This document shows, in pieces, positions 1 to 8,381 of a stretch of DNA of 64,000 nt. The number at the start of each line of letters is the position of its first letter. Position 1 is the stretch's first letter. Origin of the DNA: Candidatus Saccharimonadales bacterium (GTDB lineage: Bacteria > Patescibacteriota > Saccharimonadia > Saccharimonadales > JBGTLD01); assembly GCA_041744275.1 (NCBI GenBank), contig JBGTLD010000013.1, forward strand, positions 16,470 through 80,469. Reading direction: 5' to 3'. The notes beneath the pieces are model-generated. The model was not told where the DNA came from, did not search any database, and was given only the letters and a program-made list of their open reading frames with translations. Both the position numbers and the translations under genes were made by a program.

Positions 1-1447
1 CGAGATATATACTGTCAAAACTGACGGCAGTGAATTGATAAGAATTACGAACAATACTGCAAGTGACGTGAATCCGATATGGTCATTTGACGGCACGAAG
101 ATCATTTTTTCAAGTAATCGTGACGGGTCTTTTGACTTGTTTTCAATGAACAGAGATGGCACGAACGTCTCTAAAATGACCAGCAACGGCCAACAAGATC
201 ACCTATATCCTTCACTAAACCCTTTTGGGCTCAAAGTGGCATTTGCTTCTCGTGAACTTGGGTCAGCAACACCAATCTACAGCATAAGAGACATCGATAC
301 TAATGGTGCTAATGAAAGAGTACTCTACGAATCAGACAACGAGCTGCAAAGCCCTTCCTATGACGGGCTTACATCCATAAGCTTCAAAATACAAACAGAA
401 ACTGACCATGCAATATTTAGCAAATCCCAGGATGCAGCAACTATTACTAGATTGACTCAACCTAACCCAGGATCGGATTATTTCCCCTCCTATAATGGAC
501 CCGCTTCGCGCTTCATCTTTACGAGAGCTGCTGCAAACTTAGAAATCTTCACAATGGCTACAGATGGTTCAAATGCAACAAGCATTATTTCAGGAGCTCA
601 AGACAGTCGTGACCCCAAGTGGTCGCCAGAAGGGGATAAAATAGTTTACGTCTCCGGTAATTCGGTCTTGACTGCAAATATAGATGGGTCATCAATAACT
701 AACGTGATAGATGGTGTAAGCCCTCGGAATCCCTCATGGCAACCACACTCTGCTATTATAGATTTTAACGCTAACACAGGTAAGTCTATCTTAACAATTC
801 CAGCAGATTACACCATTAAAGGCATATCAGCAGTAACACAAAACCAAACAATGATATTAAATGGGACAGCCGAAGACGTACAGGTTAGTGATGGCGGGGT
901 AATGAAAGGCACGGGACTTGTCTTAAATACTCTTACGATCAACAACAGTACGCTAGCACCTGGACTCAGCCCAGGCTGTATAGAAACTACAAACTTGACC
1001 TTTACGGGCACTAGTACGTATGAAGTAGAGATTGAAGGTACAACCGCGTGTAGTCAATATGACCAAACGCGAGCGACAGGATCTGTAGACATTGGAAATG
1101 CAACACTTCAAATCGTACGAGGAAGTACTTTTATACCGGAAGTCGGGAACACTTTTACCGTTATTGATAAGCAGAGTACCGGCCCTGTGATCGGCACATT
1201 TAACGGAATAGCCGAAAACGACACCGTAGTAATTGATGGAGTAACTTACCAAGTAAGTTACGTGGGTGGAGATGGCAATGACGTAGTGCTAACAGTAACT
1301 GCTGTCGATCCTAGCTTAAACCCTGGAACGCCTGACACAGGCTTTGGAATACTAAGCAGTAACCCTACTGTCACTGCCCTAGTCACCGCAATAAGTGCCT
1401 TGAGTATTGTAGCTATCGCTCGTAGAACTCAAACAAAACAAAAATAA
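1..1447 (+). CDS. TolB-like beta-propeller surface protein (5' partial) with C-terminal sorting-signal-like tail
   Basis: The reading frame is open from base 2, and the upstream residues EIYTVKTDGSEL continue the repeat, so the start lies outside the window. Repeated PD40/TolB-like motifs are present (SxDG..I.F.S.RDG). The C-terminal half has autotransporter-like beta-strand repeats. The protein ends ...LNPGTPDTGFG, a ~25-aa hydrophobic stretch, then RRTQTKQK, which is a cell-wall sorting signal architecture. A sortase gene follows immediately. Confidence 0.6.
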   Translation, partial: EIYTVKTDGSELIRITNNTASDVNPIWSFDGTKIIFSSNRDGSFDLFSMNRDGTNVSKMTSNGQQDHLYPSLNPFGLKVAFASRELGSATPIYSIRDIDTNGANERVLYESDNELQSPSYDGLTSISFKIQTETDHAIFSKSQDAATITRLTQPNPGSDYFPSYNGPASRFIFTRAAANLEIFTMATDGSNATSIISGAQDSRDPKWSPEGDKIVYVSGNSVLTANIDGSSITNVIDGVSPRNPSWQPHSAIIDFNANTGKSILTIPADYTIKGISAVTQNQTMILNGTAEDVQVSDGGVMKGTGLVLNTLTINNSTLAPGLSPGCIETTNLTFTGTSTYEVEIEGTTACSQYDQTRATGSVDIGNATLQIVRGSTFIPEVGNTFTVIDKQSTGPVIGTFNGIAENDTVVIDGVTYQVSYVGGDGNDVVLTVTAVDPSLNPGTPDTGFGILSSNPTVTALVTAISALSIVAIARRTQTKQK

Positions 1448-1468
1448 TATGCTTTCGGAGTAAGTAAA

Positions 1469-2482
1469 ATGGATCGACAGGGACAAAGTCTTAGACTTAA
1501 AGATGCAAGACAGCCTTCTCTGTCGTCCATGATTCCTCGCGGCCGGTATGCACAATACACCAGCATAAATAGATCGACTCCAAACATAACGCTGCGTAAA
1601 GTAGATTTACCAGAAAACGTGCAGACATCGCCAAATCCTAAACATGCTTATCGATTAAAGAACGGCATTTCGGTCGATGGACTCATGCGCCCCATACCAC
1701 CAAAAGCGCAAAGTAGACACAAGCCATCGCGCAAAGTTGAAACTCCTATAACAATTCAACCTTCTCAAATAGAAGCGAGTCAAATAAAATCACCTAAAAC
1801 CAATAAAGGTTCGACAGGTCTGTATATCGCAGCACTTCTTATCTTTGTTGGTGGTGGCTATGTTTCATTTAACTCATGGCAGCTAAACAAGAAATTGGCT
1901 GCTCAGGCGACAATCTTAGAAAAGAAAAACGGTGATGCCACAGCACCCAAAGGTCTAGATGATGGTAATGTACCGTCAGAAGATTTACCACAGGGTATTG
2001 ATTATGAATCATTACTCAAAAGACACAGCGCTCCGGCGAATGACCCAAAAACAATTAAAATACCCGCTATCAGTGTTCATGCACGTATATTAGAAATGGG
2101 CCTTACGCAAAATGGCAATATACAAGCACCCAATAGCATATTCGATGCAGGATGGTACAAAAACAGTGCTCGACTTGGTGAGAATGGCGTCACCTTTATA
2201 GATGGGCATGTGTTTGGAACTACAAGACCAGCAGTCTTCTCGAAGCTAAAGGACCTAAAAGCCAACGATACAATTGAAATAACAAGAGGTGATAACACAA
2301 AATTTACGTACAAAATACGCGAACAAAAAACATACAATGTTGATGATATTAACATGAACGAACTGCTTAAAGGACGCGGCGGCGGTTCTGAGCTTGTACT
2401 AATGACTTGCCATGGACCATACACAGCTCAAGGTGCTTATACAGAACGTTATGTTTTATTTGCTACTCTCGTGAAAGAATAG
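1469..2482 (+). CDS. sortase family transpeptidase with long basic N-terminal extension and one TM segment
   Basis: The C-terminal domain carries a sortase His (IDGHVFG) and the TLxTC-type catalytic Cys (ELVLMTCHGPY). A downstream Arg is present (TERYVLFA). A TM segment lies at LYIAALLIFVGGGYVSF. Confidence 0.7.
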   Translation: MDRQGQSLRLKDARQPSLSSMIPRGRYAQYTSINRSTPNITLRKVDLPENVQTSPNPKHAYRLKNGISVDGLMRPIPPKAQSRHKPSRKVETPITIQPSQIEASQIKSPKTNKGSTGLYIAALLIFVGGGYVSFNSWQLNKKLAAQATILEKKNGDATAPKGLDDGNVPSEDLPQGIDYESLLKRHSAPANDPKTIKIPAISVHARILEMGLTQNGNIQAPNSIFDAGWYKNSARLGENGVTFIDGHVFGTTRPAVFSKLKDLKANDTIEITRGDNTKFTYKIREQKTYNVDDINMNELLKGRGGGSELVLMTCHGPYTAQGAYTERYVLFATLVKE

Positions 2483-2483
2483 T

Positions 2484-2560
2484 TGGTGCCCCGGACTGGA
2501 TTCGAACCAGTGACCTTAGGCTTAGAAGTCCTCTGCTCTATCCATCTGAGCTACCAGGGC
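2484..2560 (-). tRNA. tRNA-Arg (anticodon TCT), CCA encoded
   Basis: Hand-folded cloverleaf: acceptor GCCCTGG/CCGGGGC, D-arm GCTC..GAGC, anticodon loop CTTCTAA, T-arm ACTGG-TTCGAAT-CCAGT, then ACCA. The anticodon stem has two terminal non-Watson-Crick pairs. Confidence 0.8.
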
Positions 2561-2694
2561 ACACTATGTTACATTTCAATCATGTACATTAAGTACTCAT
2601 GATTGTTCTAATTTTTTACAGTTGGTAGACCAGATCGCTTTGCATTATCCCTGCAAAGAGCTAGATGGGCTACCAGGACAAAGTATCAGTGAAG

Positions 2695-2769
2695 TGGTGC
2701 GAAAGGCGGGAATCGAACCCGCATCGCTTGCTTGGAAGGCAGGCATATTAGCCATTATACGACTCTCGC
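2695..2769 (-). tRNA. tRNA-Gly (anticodon TCC), CCA encoded
   Basis: Reverse complement is GCGAGAGTCGTATAATGGCTAATATGCCTGCCTTCCAAGCAAGCGATGCGGGTTCGATTCCCGCCTTTCGCACCA. It is very close to canonical bacterial tRNA-Gly(UCC). T-arm is GCGGG-TTCGATT-CCCGC. Confidence 0.9.
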
Positions 2770-2831
2770 CCAATCTTCAGCTGAACTCGGATATTATACC
2801 AGCTAACACCTACACGGTACAGTGCTAGGAT

Positions 2832-3389
2832 CTATGCAGCTATTATACGCTCTAGGAAGTCGCCAAGCCCGTATGCCAACGAGGCTGCAATGGCACCAAG
2901 TAGTAAGGTCTCGAGAACTGCTCGTTTTAGTGGAGTTTGTGCAACTCGACTTTTGAGATAGCCAATACCGCAAAATGCCAGTGCAGTTAAAATTGAAGAA
3001 ATAACGAACAGGTTGCTAGATTCAAGGCCGAACAAGTAGTCAACCAAGTACGCCACGAGCGGTATAAAACCGACTAGAATGAAAGAAGCATATGTGGATA
3101 AGCCATTTATAACGGGAGACGGCTCATCGTCAATAGACCCACCTTTTTTTAAAGTTAGTTCTTGTTCTGATTTGGTAGAAAGATAAGAACCAACACCCAT
3201 AGAGAATCCGTCTGCAATAAGATTCGCAAAGCCTAGTACAAGTATAATTTGCAAACTAAACCGAGCACCAGTAGCCCCAGCTACAACTGCAAACGTTGTA
3301 ACGGCACCATCTATACCACCATATACAAATTCGCTTAAATAATCCTCGGTATGCTGTTTAACCTTCGCGACAACTGCTTTTTTGGGCAT
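2832..3389 (-). CDS. VIT1/CCC1-family (DUF125) membrane protein, putative Fe/Mn transporter
   Basis: N-terminal YGGIDGAVTTFAVVAGATGA motif followed by multiple TM segments. Confidence 0.6.
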   Translation of the reverse strand: MPKKAVVAKVKQHTEDYLSEFVYGGIDGAVTTFAVVAGATGARFSLQIILVLGFANLIADGFSMGVGSYLSTKSEQELTLKKGGSIDDEPSPVINGLSTYASFILVGFIPLVAYLVDYLFGLESSNLFVISSILTALAFCGIGYLKSRVAQTPLKRAVLETLLLGAIAASLAYGLGDFLERIIAA

Positions 3390-3457
3390 TTTTATAATCT
3401 CCTGTTCTGCTCTAAGCTACTGTATTGCTATACTTTACAGAATAACAGGAGTAACCG

Positions 3458-5284
3458 ATGAGACAAAAGATAACAAAAATCCTCAAGCAATACAGAGCAC
3501 TTAGTGTACTTGCACTAACTGCAGTTATAGCAGGTGTTTTAACACTTCTGAGTCAACCTACTATTGCATCGATATTACTAACCACTTCTCTTCTCGGTTT
3601 TGTAATATTGCTCCTTATAGATGTTTGGAGAACGTTACAGACAGGTCGATATGGAGTAAATCTTATTGCACCAGTTGCAGTTATGACATCGATCTTCACG
3701 TCGGACCTGTGGGTCGGACTTGCACTAAGTTTTGGGCTACTTTTTATACATAAGATGTCAGAAATTGCAATAGAACGCGCAAAAGTTGAACTTAATGACC
3801 TCGTACGCAATCGACCTAATTTTGCGGTAACTATAAAGGGCAGGAAGACTACAGAAACGCCGCTTCAATCAGTTGAACCCGGTGATAAATTATTCGTACC
3901 AGAAGGACTCTTAATACCTGTTGATGGTGTCGTCGTGAGTGGACAAGCAGAAATAAAGCAATTCAACCCAGGAGGACGAAAACATCGTAGTTCTGTACAA
4001 GTAGGCGATACGGTTACGAGTGGATCATTGATTGCAAATGGCGAGATAGTGATACGAGCTACCGCACTGAGTCGCGATAGCTACTACGAACGGTTTATTC
4101 GCTTACTACAGAACTCAAATAGGAGCACAACACCATTTATTCGTGTAAGCGAACGACTTACCTTAGCCTTTAGTGTCGTCGTCCTTTTCGTTGCTATGTC
4201 TGCGTGGATGGTCCAAGATGATCCTAAAGCATTTTTGGCGGTACTTGCTGTGGCGACACCAATAGCGCTCACAGCCACTTCTAGAATCATTACAATTCGA
4301 GGGCTAAACGCCGCAGCCCGGATTGGGCTCTTCTTCAAATCTGGAACTATACTCGAGCATGTCCTCGAGCTTCGCACGCTCATTATCCACAGTGAATTAC
4401 TCTACGTTGGTACAGAAGCTACATTGTCACGAATCATCGCCAAGAAACCATATGATTCCCAAGCCGTACTTAGTTTAGCGGCAACATTGAGCGCTCATGA
4501 CAGTAGTATTGTAGGCAGACTCATTACTAAAACTGCAGCAGACAAGGACAGTAAGCTACACAAGATTAAGCACATCGTTCACTCCCAAGGAGTTTCTGTA
4601 GGCAGGTGGCAAGGAAAAGATGTATGGTTTGGATCAAAACCAGCACTACTCGAACGTGTAGAGACTGATGTATTTGACCCTAAATCATCCGACGCGGCAT
4701 ATTATCTCCTTGTGGACGGCTCGGTGGCTGGAGTATTTTCTATAGACCAACCAGCAAGTGTCTCTAAAAAAGAAATTCACAGACTCAAGGTAAAGCACAT
4801 GAAAGACCTATTCTTAGCGAGTCATGTATCAGCCGACACAACCAAGTTAGCTACGTCATTAGGCTTTGACTCAGCAGTTTCAGATGTAACCACACAAGCC
4901 ACTTTACAGAGTGTTTCAAACGCATCACACAAGCCAGTGGCCTACGCAAGTACGCGCCCGTCGGATGCGCCAGTACTAACCGCATCCGATATTGGTATAA
5001 GCATGAATGCCTATGACCAAACTCTCTGTGATCATGCAAATATCATCGCTACTAGGCCGGGTATGTCTACGTTAAGAGACGTCTTCTCTGTAGCGCAAAC
5101 AACATTTAAAAAATCAGTGTTTGTTACATTCCTTGGCATTATGCTTGTATTCATAGGTATGGGTCTAGCAGTCTTAGGTTACCTACCACCAATCATTGCA
5201 GTGGCTGTTCAGACTGTTCTCGCTGGCTCGCTTCTTAACTACAGTGCAAGCAATCCTTCATTTACTTCAAGAAAACGCTTGTAG
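3458..5284 (+). CDS. P-type (P1B-like) ATPase homologue with all catalytic motifs substituted (probable pseudo-enzyme)
   Basis: Colinear with the CopA-like protein at 50881-52752 (A-domain, TM6 region, P/N domains, C-terminal TMs). TGES is replaced by PGGR. CPC is replaced by ATP. DKTGT is replaced by HSELLYVGTE. GDGxNDAPAL is replaced by STRPSDAPVL. Confidence 0.6.
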   Translation: MRQKITKILKQYRALSVLALTAVIAGVLTLLSQPTIASILLTTSLLGFVILLLIDVWRTLQTGRYGVNLIAPVAVMTSIFTSDLWVGLALSFGLLFIHKMSEIAIERAKVELNDLVRNRPNFAVTIKGRKTTETPLQSVEPGDKLFVPEGLLIPVDGVVVSGQAEIKQFNPGGRKHRSSVQVGDTVTSGSLIANGEIVIRATALSRDSYYERFIRLLQNSNRSTTPFIRVSERLTLAFSVVVLFVAMSAWMVQDDPKAFLAVLAVATPIALTATSRIITIRGLNAAARIGLFFKSGTILEHVLELRTLIIHSELLYVGTEATLSRIIAKKPYDSQAVLSLAATLSAHDSSIVGRLITKTAADKDSKLHKIKHIVHSQGVSVGRWQGKDVWFGSKPALLERVETDVFDPKSSDAAYYLLVDGSVAGVFSIDQPASVSKKEIHRLKVKHMKDLFLASHVSADTTKLATSLGFDSAVSDVTTQATLQSVSNASHKPVAYASTRPSDAPVLTASDIGISMNAYDQTLCDHANIIATRPGMSTLRDVFSVAQTTFKKSVFVTFLGIMLVFIGMGLAVLGYLPPIIAVAVQTVLAGSLLNYSASNPSFTSRKRL

Positions 5285-5902
5285 CAAAAACACGACGCTT
5301 ACTGGCACAAATAAGTCATCACTCCCATGTGGTGAAATATTTTCGATTATCGTTGCTGTAGCCGGAACAGCAAAAACTAACAAACGTGAAGACTGTGTGA
5401 TATCAGCAAAAATAACAATCAAGAAAAGTGACAAGCAAAAAAACGTAAAGGAACCTTCTGCTGACTTACGCTGCCCTGCTACCCTATATTTCACGCCTTT
5501 TTTGATAGATGTACCAACTATCGCCGCAAAACCGTCAGCAAGGCTCATGTGTAGTACTGCAACGCTATATACAATGTCGGTATTCGCAAATATCGCAGTG
5601 CCTATTATGGCGAGTGCAAAATAATACTCTCCGTTAGTTTTGCGTTTAACTTTGTGGATAGACTTGAAAACATTGTGTTTTTTGGATATGTACACAACAC
5701 ACAACATAGCCAAGCCCATAAGTACAATTTGATCACGCGATAAGAATGTAGGCCAAAAAGCAGCAAACACACCAACAGTTATGTGTACAAACTTTCGGGT
5801 ATACTCAACACTACATAGTTTTTTTGAGCGCAGAAACTCAACGAACAAAATAATAGCCAAAATTACAAATGCGCAGACTAACAAAGAAATCATTAAGATC
5901 AT
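5267..5902 (-). CDS. polyprenol/dolichol-kinase-like (CTP-dependent kinase, cytidylyltransferase superfamily) membrane protein
   Basis: Multi-TM protein with YTRKFVHITVG and C-terminal DGFAAIVG motifs typical of the phytol/dolichol kinase family. Confidence 0.45.
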   Translation of the reverse strand: MILMISLLVCAFVILAIILFVEFLRSKKLCSVEYTRKFVHITVGVFAAFWPTFLSRDQIVLMGLAMLCVVYISKKHNVFKSIHKVKRKTNGEYYFALAIIGTAIFANTDIVYSVAVLHMSLADGFAAIVGTSIKKGVKYRVAGQRKSAEGSFTFFCLSLFLIVIFADITQSSRLLVFAVPATATIIENISPHGSDDLFVPVSVVFLLQAFS

Positions 5903-5960
5903 TGTAATGCAAAATACTGAAAAATGTGGTTGCTTAACATGGTTAAGTATAGTTTAATTA

Positions 5961-6554
5961 TTGCTTGTGAATCCACTACTAACCGAGTTGCCTAGCACTT
6001 ATTTCGTGCCAAGCGAGACTCAATCAGAAACAGAAATTCCCCAAGAAGAACAACTACCAACGCTTCTTGGGTTAGTTCGGCAGGATTACCGTAAAAGATT
6101 TCCTGAAGAAATTCGTGCTGCGGTCAAATACTCTTCTGTCGGTGCGATGACAGGATTAATGTTCGATAAGCTCGTTGATAAACTTCCTCTTGGTACAAGT
6201 ACGCTAAGCCGAAAAGCTAGTACATTCTTGTTTGAAAAGCACGATCCCTTATTTACAATTGGATTCGTAACACCGAACAAGGTGGACTACTTTATGTCAG
6301 GATTCTTAAATGCCACCCAAGCACAGTCTCGTGACTGCATAGCTTACAAAGTCGCAGTCAAGGGAAATCCAGAACTTGAAGAGCGGGCACAAAACACCCT
6401 CATTCGACATCAATACAAAGAAAAAGGAGCCAAACGAACTCTAGATTACACTGGTATCTACGCCGGTTTTATTGCCACGAAGGATCTTGCGAGGACTACA
6501 TACGTTCTCTATAAAGAGGGCGAATACGATGGAATTTTTCGAAGTTCTAGTTAA
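5961..6554 (+). CDS. hypothetical protein
   Basis: Long ORF in an otherwise uncovered interval. No recognisable motif. The true start may be an internal Met. Confidence 0.35.
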   Translation: MLVNPLLTELPSTYFVPSETQSETEIPQEEQLPTLLGLVRQDYRKRFPEEIRAAVKYSSVGAMTGLMFDKLVDKLPLGTSTLSRKASTFLFEKHDPLFTIGFVTPNKVDYFMSGFLNATQAQSRDCIAYKVAVKGNPELEERAQNTLIRHQYKEKGAKRTLDYTGIYAGFIATKDLARTTYVLYKEGEYDGIFRSSS

Positions 6555-6800
6555 ACTAAATTGATCATCTGCATGAATTTAGAAGTTAGTTGTATTAAGC
6601 TTGTAATAATTGTATGAGCACCCTGCGCCTCTTTCCTGTTTCTGAGTTCAAGTAATCTAAGCAAGAGCCTCTTCTTCAATCCAAAAGTCTCCCCCTCACG
6701 GTGAAATGAACATTTCTTTACCTTTTGAACGTTCCACAAGAAACTTCTTGCCTTGGATTAGAATACCACCCGCTTTATGAATATCTACTGTTTCGCTCAT
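6551..6800 (-). pseudogene. possible NUDIX hydrolase remnant (N-terminal 34 codons intact, then TGA and frame change)
   Basis: The minus-strand ATG at 6800 gives MSETVDIHKAGGILIQGKKFLVERSKGKEMFISP, a typical NUDIX N-terminus, then TGA at 6696-6698. Downstream coding continues only in another frame and has no clean NUDIX box. Confidence 0.25.
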
Positions 6801-6886
6801 GCAATAATTGTAATCCTGTGAGATGTTTTGTAAAAGAAAACACGCAGTATCGCACAATCAAGATTTTATAAATAAAAGCTTATGAT

Positions 6887-7678
6887 TTAACTGCGCGTTT
6901 TTTGGTACGCTCTAGCACCAAGATATGATATTGCACCAATGTTAATCGCATTAAGAATCTTAAGCCTAGCGCTTGCTGATTGGGCAGTTGCAGAATCAGC
7001 AACACCTATAACGTGTTCTGAGCCAGGCTTAAGGGCTTGTCTTCTTTTGTTGGCGTTAGATACATTTTGCCAAAGGCTCATAGCACCAAGTACATTTGCA
7101 ATTGGTCGGTGCAGATTAGGACTAATTCTGTCAGCGTTTATGCTCGTTGCGTTAATATTTAAGATAAAGCGCCCAGTGCGTGCGCCCCACAAGCCTTCGC
7201 CCACAATATTACCCGCTAACTCATTTTTACTGCGCATAATTGCCGGCCACGAAGACGTTATGCCCGACGCTATGTGCAGCGCCGCACCAGCACGGTCACC
7301 TTGATTATAGGCGGTTTCAGCAGCAGCCATGGCTATGGAAACCTCTTGAATTTTGTCGCAGGCTGCATCCAGAAGCTGACCATTGTTGTTTGTACTGGAA
7401 CCATTGGGATCGAGCTTGGCTTTTTCCCGTGCAAGCGCACCATCAAATGCATCCATTACTGTTAGCCCCACACGTAACCATCCAAGCCCAAACCGGTTTT
7501 CAGGATATCGAACGATCGCTCGATCTATCGCCAGACTCCCTACCGTTGCGCCTATAGTTATCATATTAGGAGTGATATATGGTGCGTGTTCTGCCACGTT
7601 TTTTGCCAAGTATTCCAGATACGGAGCTACCGTATTTCTCAACGTGCTATTTCTAGGGCTGATTTCCTCGCTAGGCAT
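6887..7678 (-). CDS. CDP-alcohol phosphatidyltransferase family protein
   Basis: Motif MDAFDGALAREKAKLDPNGSSTNNNGQLLDAACD matches D-G-x2-A-R...G...G-x3-D-x3-D, with a short insertion. Hydrophobic segments flank it. Confidence 0.5.
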   Translation of the reverse strand: MPSEEISPRNSTLRNTVAPYLEYLAKNVAEHAPYITPNMITIGATVGSLAIDRAIVRYPENRFGLGWLRVGLTVMDAFDGALAREKAKLDPNGSSTNNNGQLLDAACDKIQEVSIAMAAAETAYNQGDRAGAALHIASGITSSWPAIMRSKNELAGNIVGEGLWGARTGRFILNINATSINADRISPNLHRPIANVLGAMSLWQNVSNANKRRQALKPGSEHVIGVADSATAQSASARLKILNAINIGAISYLGARAYQKTRS

Positions 7679-8061
7679 GTTTTTCCTTATTCTTTTTAAC
7701 TACAGTTTGATCGATTATCAATAATAGCAACAATATCTTAAAAAAACTATACTAAATAACATAGTGGCTTTCTTATAAATAAAAGGAAAAAATATTTGTG
7801 AATACAAATACCACAGATTCTGATACGCCTGTAATCAGCATCTACGTGTGGTCTCTACCAAAATGCAAACAAGAGATGCTAATGAATACGCTCATACTGG
7901 ATCCTCTGCATTATCACTACGGAAAAGCTTGGTAACACACCTAAATCTCAGTCGGCCAGGCAATGATTCCTCAAACCTCCTTCGGGCAATTTTCGCCTTT
8001 CAGTTCAAGTCTTCGGTTTCAAGCACGAAAAAAGCCAAGCATAATAGCTCGACTAATTTCG

Positions 8062-8082
8062 TGTTCGGGGTGAAAGGACTTG
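8062..8082 (-). repeat. 21-nt copy (1 mismatch) of the 3' end of tRNA-Pro, 168 nt downstream of the tRNA
   Basis: tgTtcggggtgaaaggacttg at 8062-8082 versus tgGtcggggtgaaaggacttg at 8251-8271. This is a direct repeat relative to the tRNA. Confidence 0.7.
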
Positions 8083-8250
8083 CCCACATTCTGCGGGCCC
8101 AGAACTTCAGCCAAGAAAGCATAGCTTTCAGGCGAAGATTCTCTTGCGAAATGCACCAGCATTTCTCACCTCCGACTCACTCCGTGAGGTAGTAGATTCG
8201 AGACTTATCACACCAATTAAAAACGACCGTCAAAGACGATCGATTTTAAT

Positions 8251-8327
8251 TGGTCGGGGTGAAAGGACTTGAACCTTCGACCTCACGGTCCCAAACCGCG
8301 CGCGCTAGCCAACTGCGCCACACCCCG
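8251..8327 (-). tRNA. tRNA-Pro (anticodon TGG), CCA encoded
   Basis: Reverse complement is CGGGGTGTGGCGCAGTTGGCTAGCGCGCGCGGTTTGGGACCGTGAGGTCGAAGGTTCAAGTCCTTTCACCCCGACCA. Anticodon loop is TTTGGGA. Confidence 0.9.
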
Positions 8328-8381
8328 TTAACTCCGGTAATTATACCAGATAGGCAGTTGTTTGCTAGCTTTATTCTATAC

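Noticed and set aside
2622-2828. 68-aa ORF on the + strand.
   Set aside because: It overlaps tRNA-Gly and the structured tRNA spacer. It is antisense to RNA genes.
5196-5624. 142-aa ORF on the + strand.
   Set aside because: It overlaps the end of the P-type ATPase homologue and is antisense to the polyprenol-kinase-like membrane protein, which has family motifs.
7240-7724. Several + strand ORFs (105, 63, 113 aa).
   Set aside because: They are antisense to the CDP-alcohol phosphatidyltransferase-family gene, which carries a real catalytic motif.
7850-8250. tmRNA or RNase P RNA near tRNA-Pro, suggested by GGGGTGAAAGGACTTG-type motifs.
   Set aside because: The motif is just the duplicated tRNA-Pro 3' end. 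No GGGG...CCACCA tmRNA ends and no RNase P P4 signature (GGAAAGTCCGG / ACAGAAACCCGGCTTA) were found.
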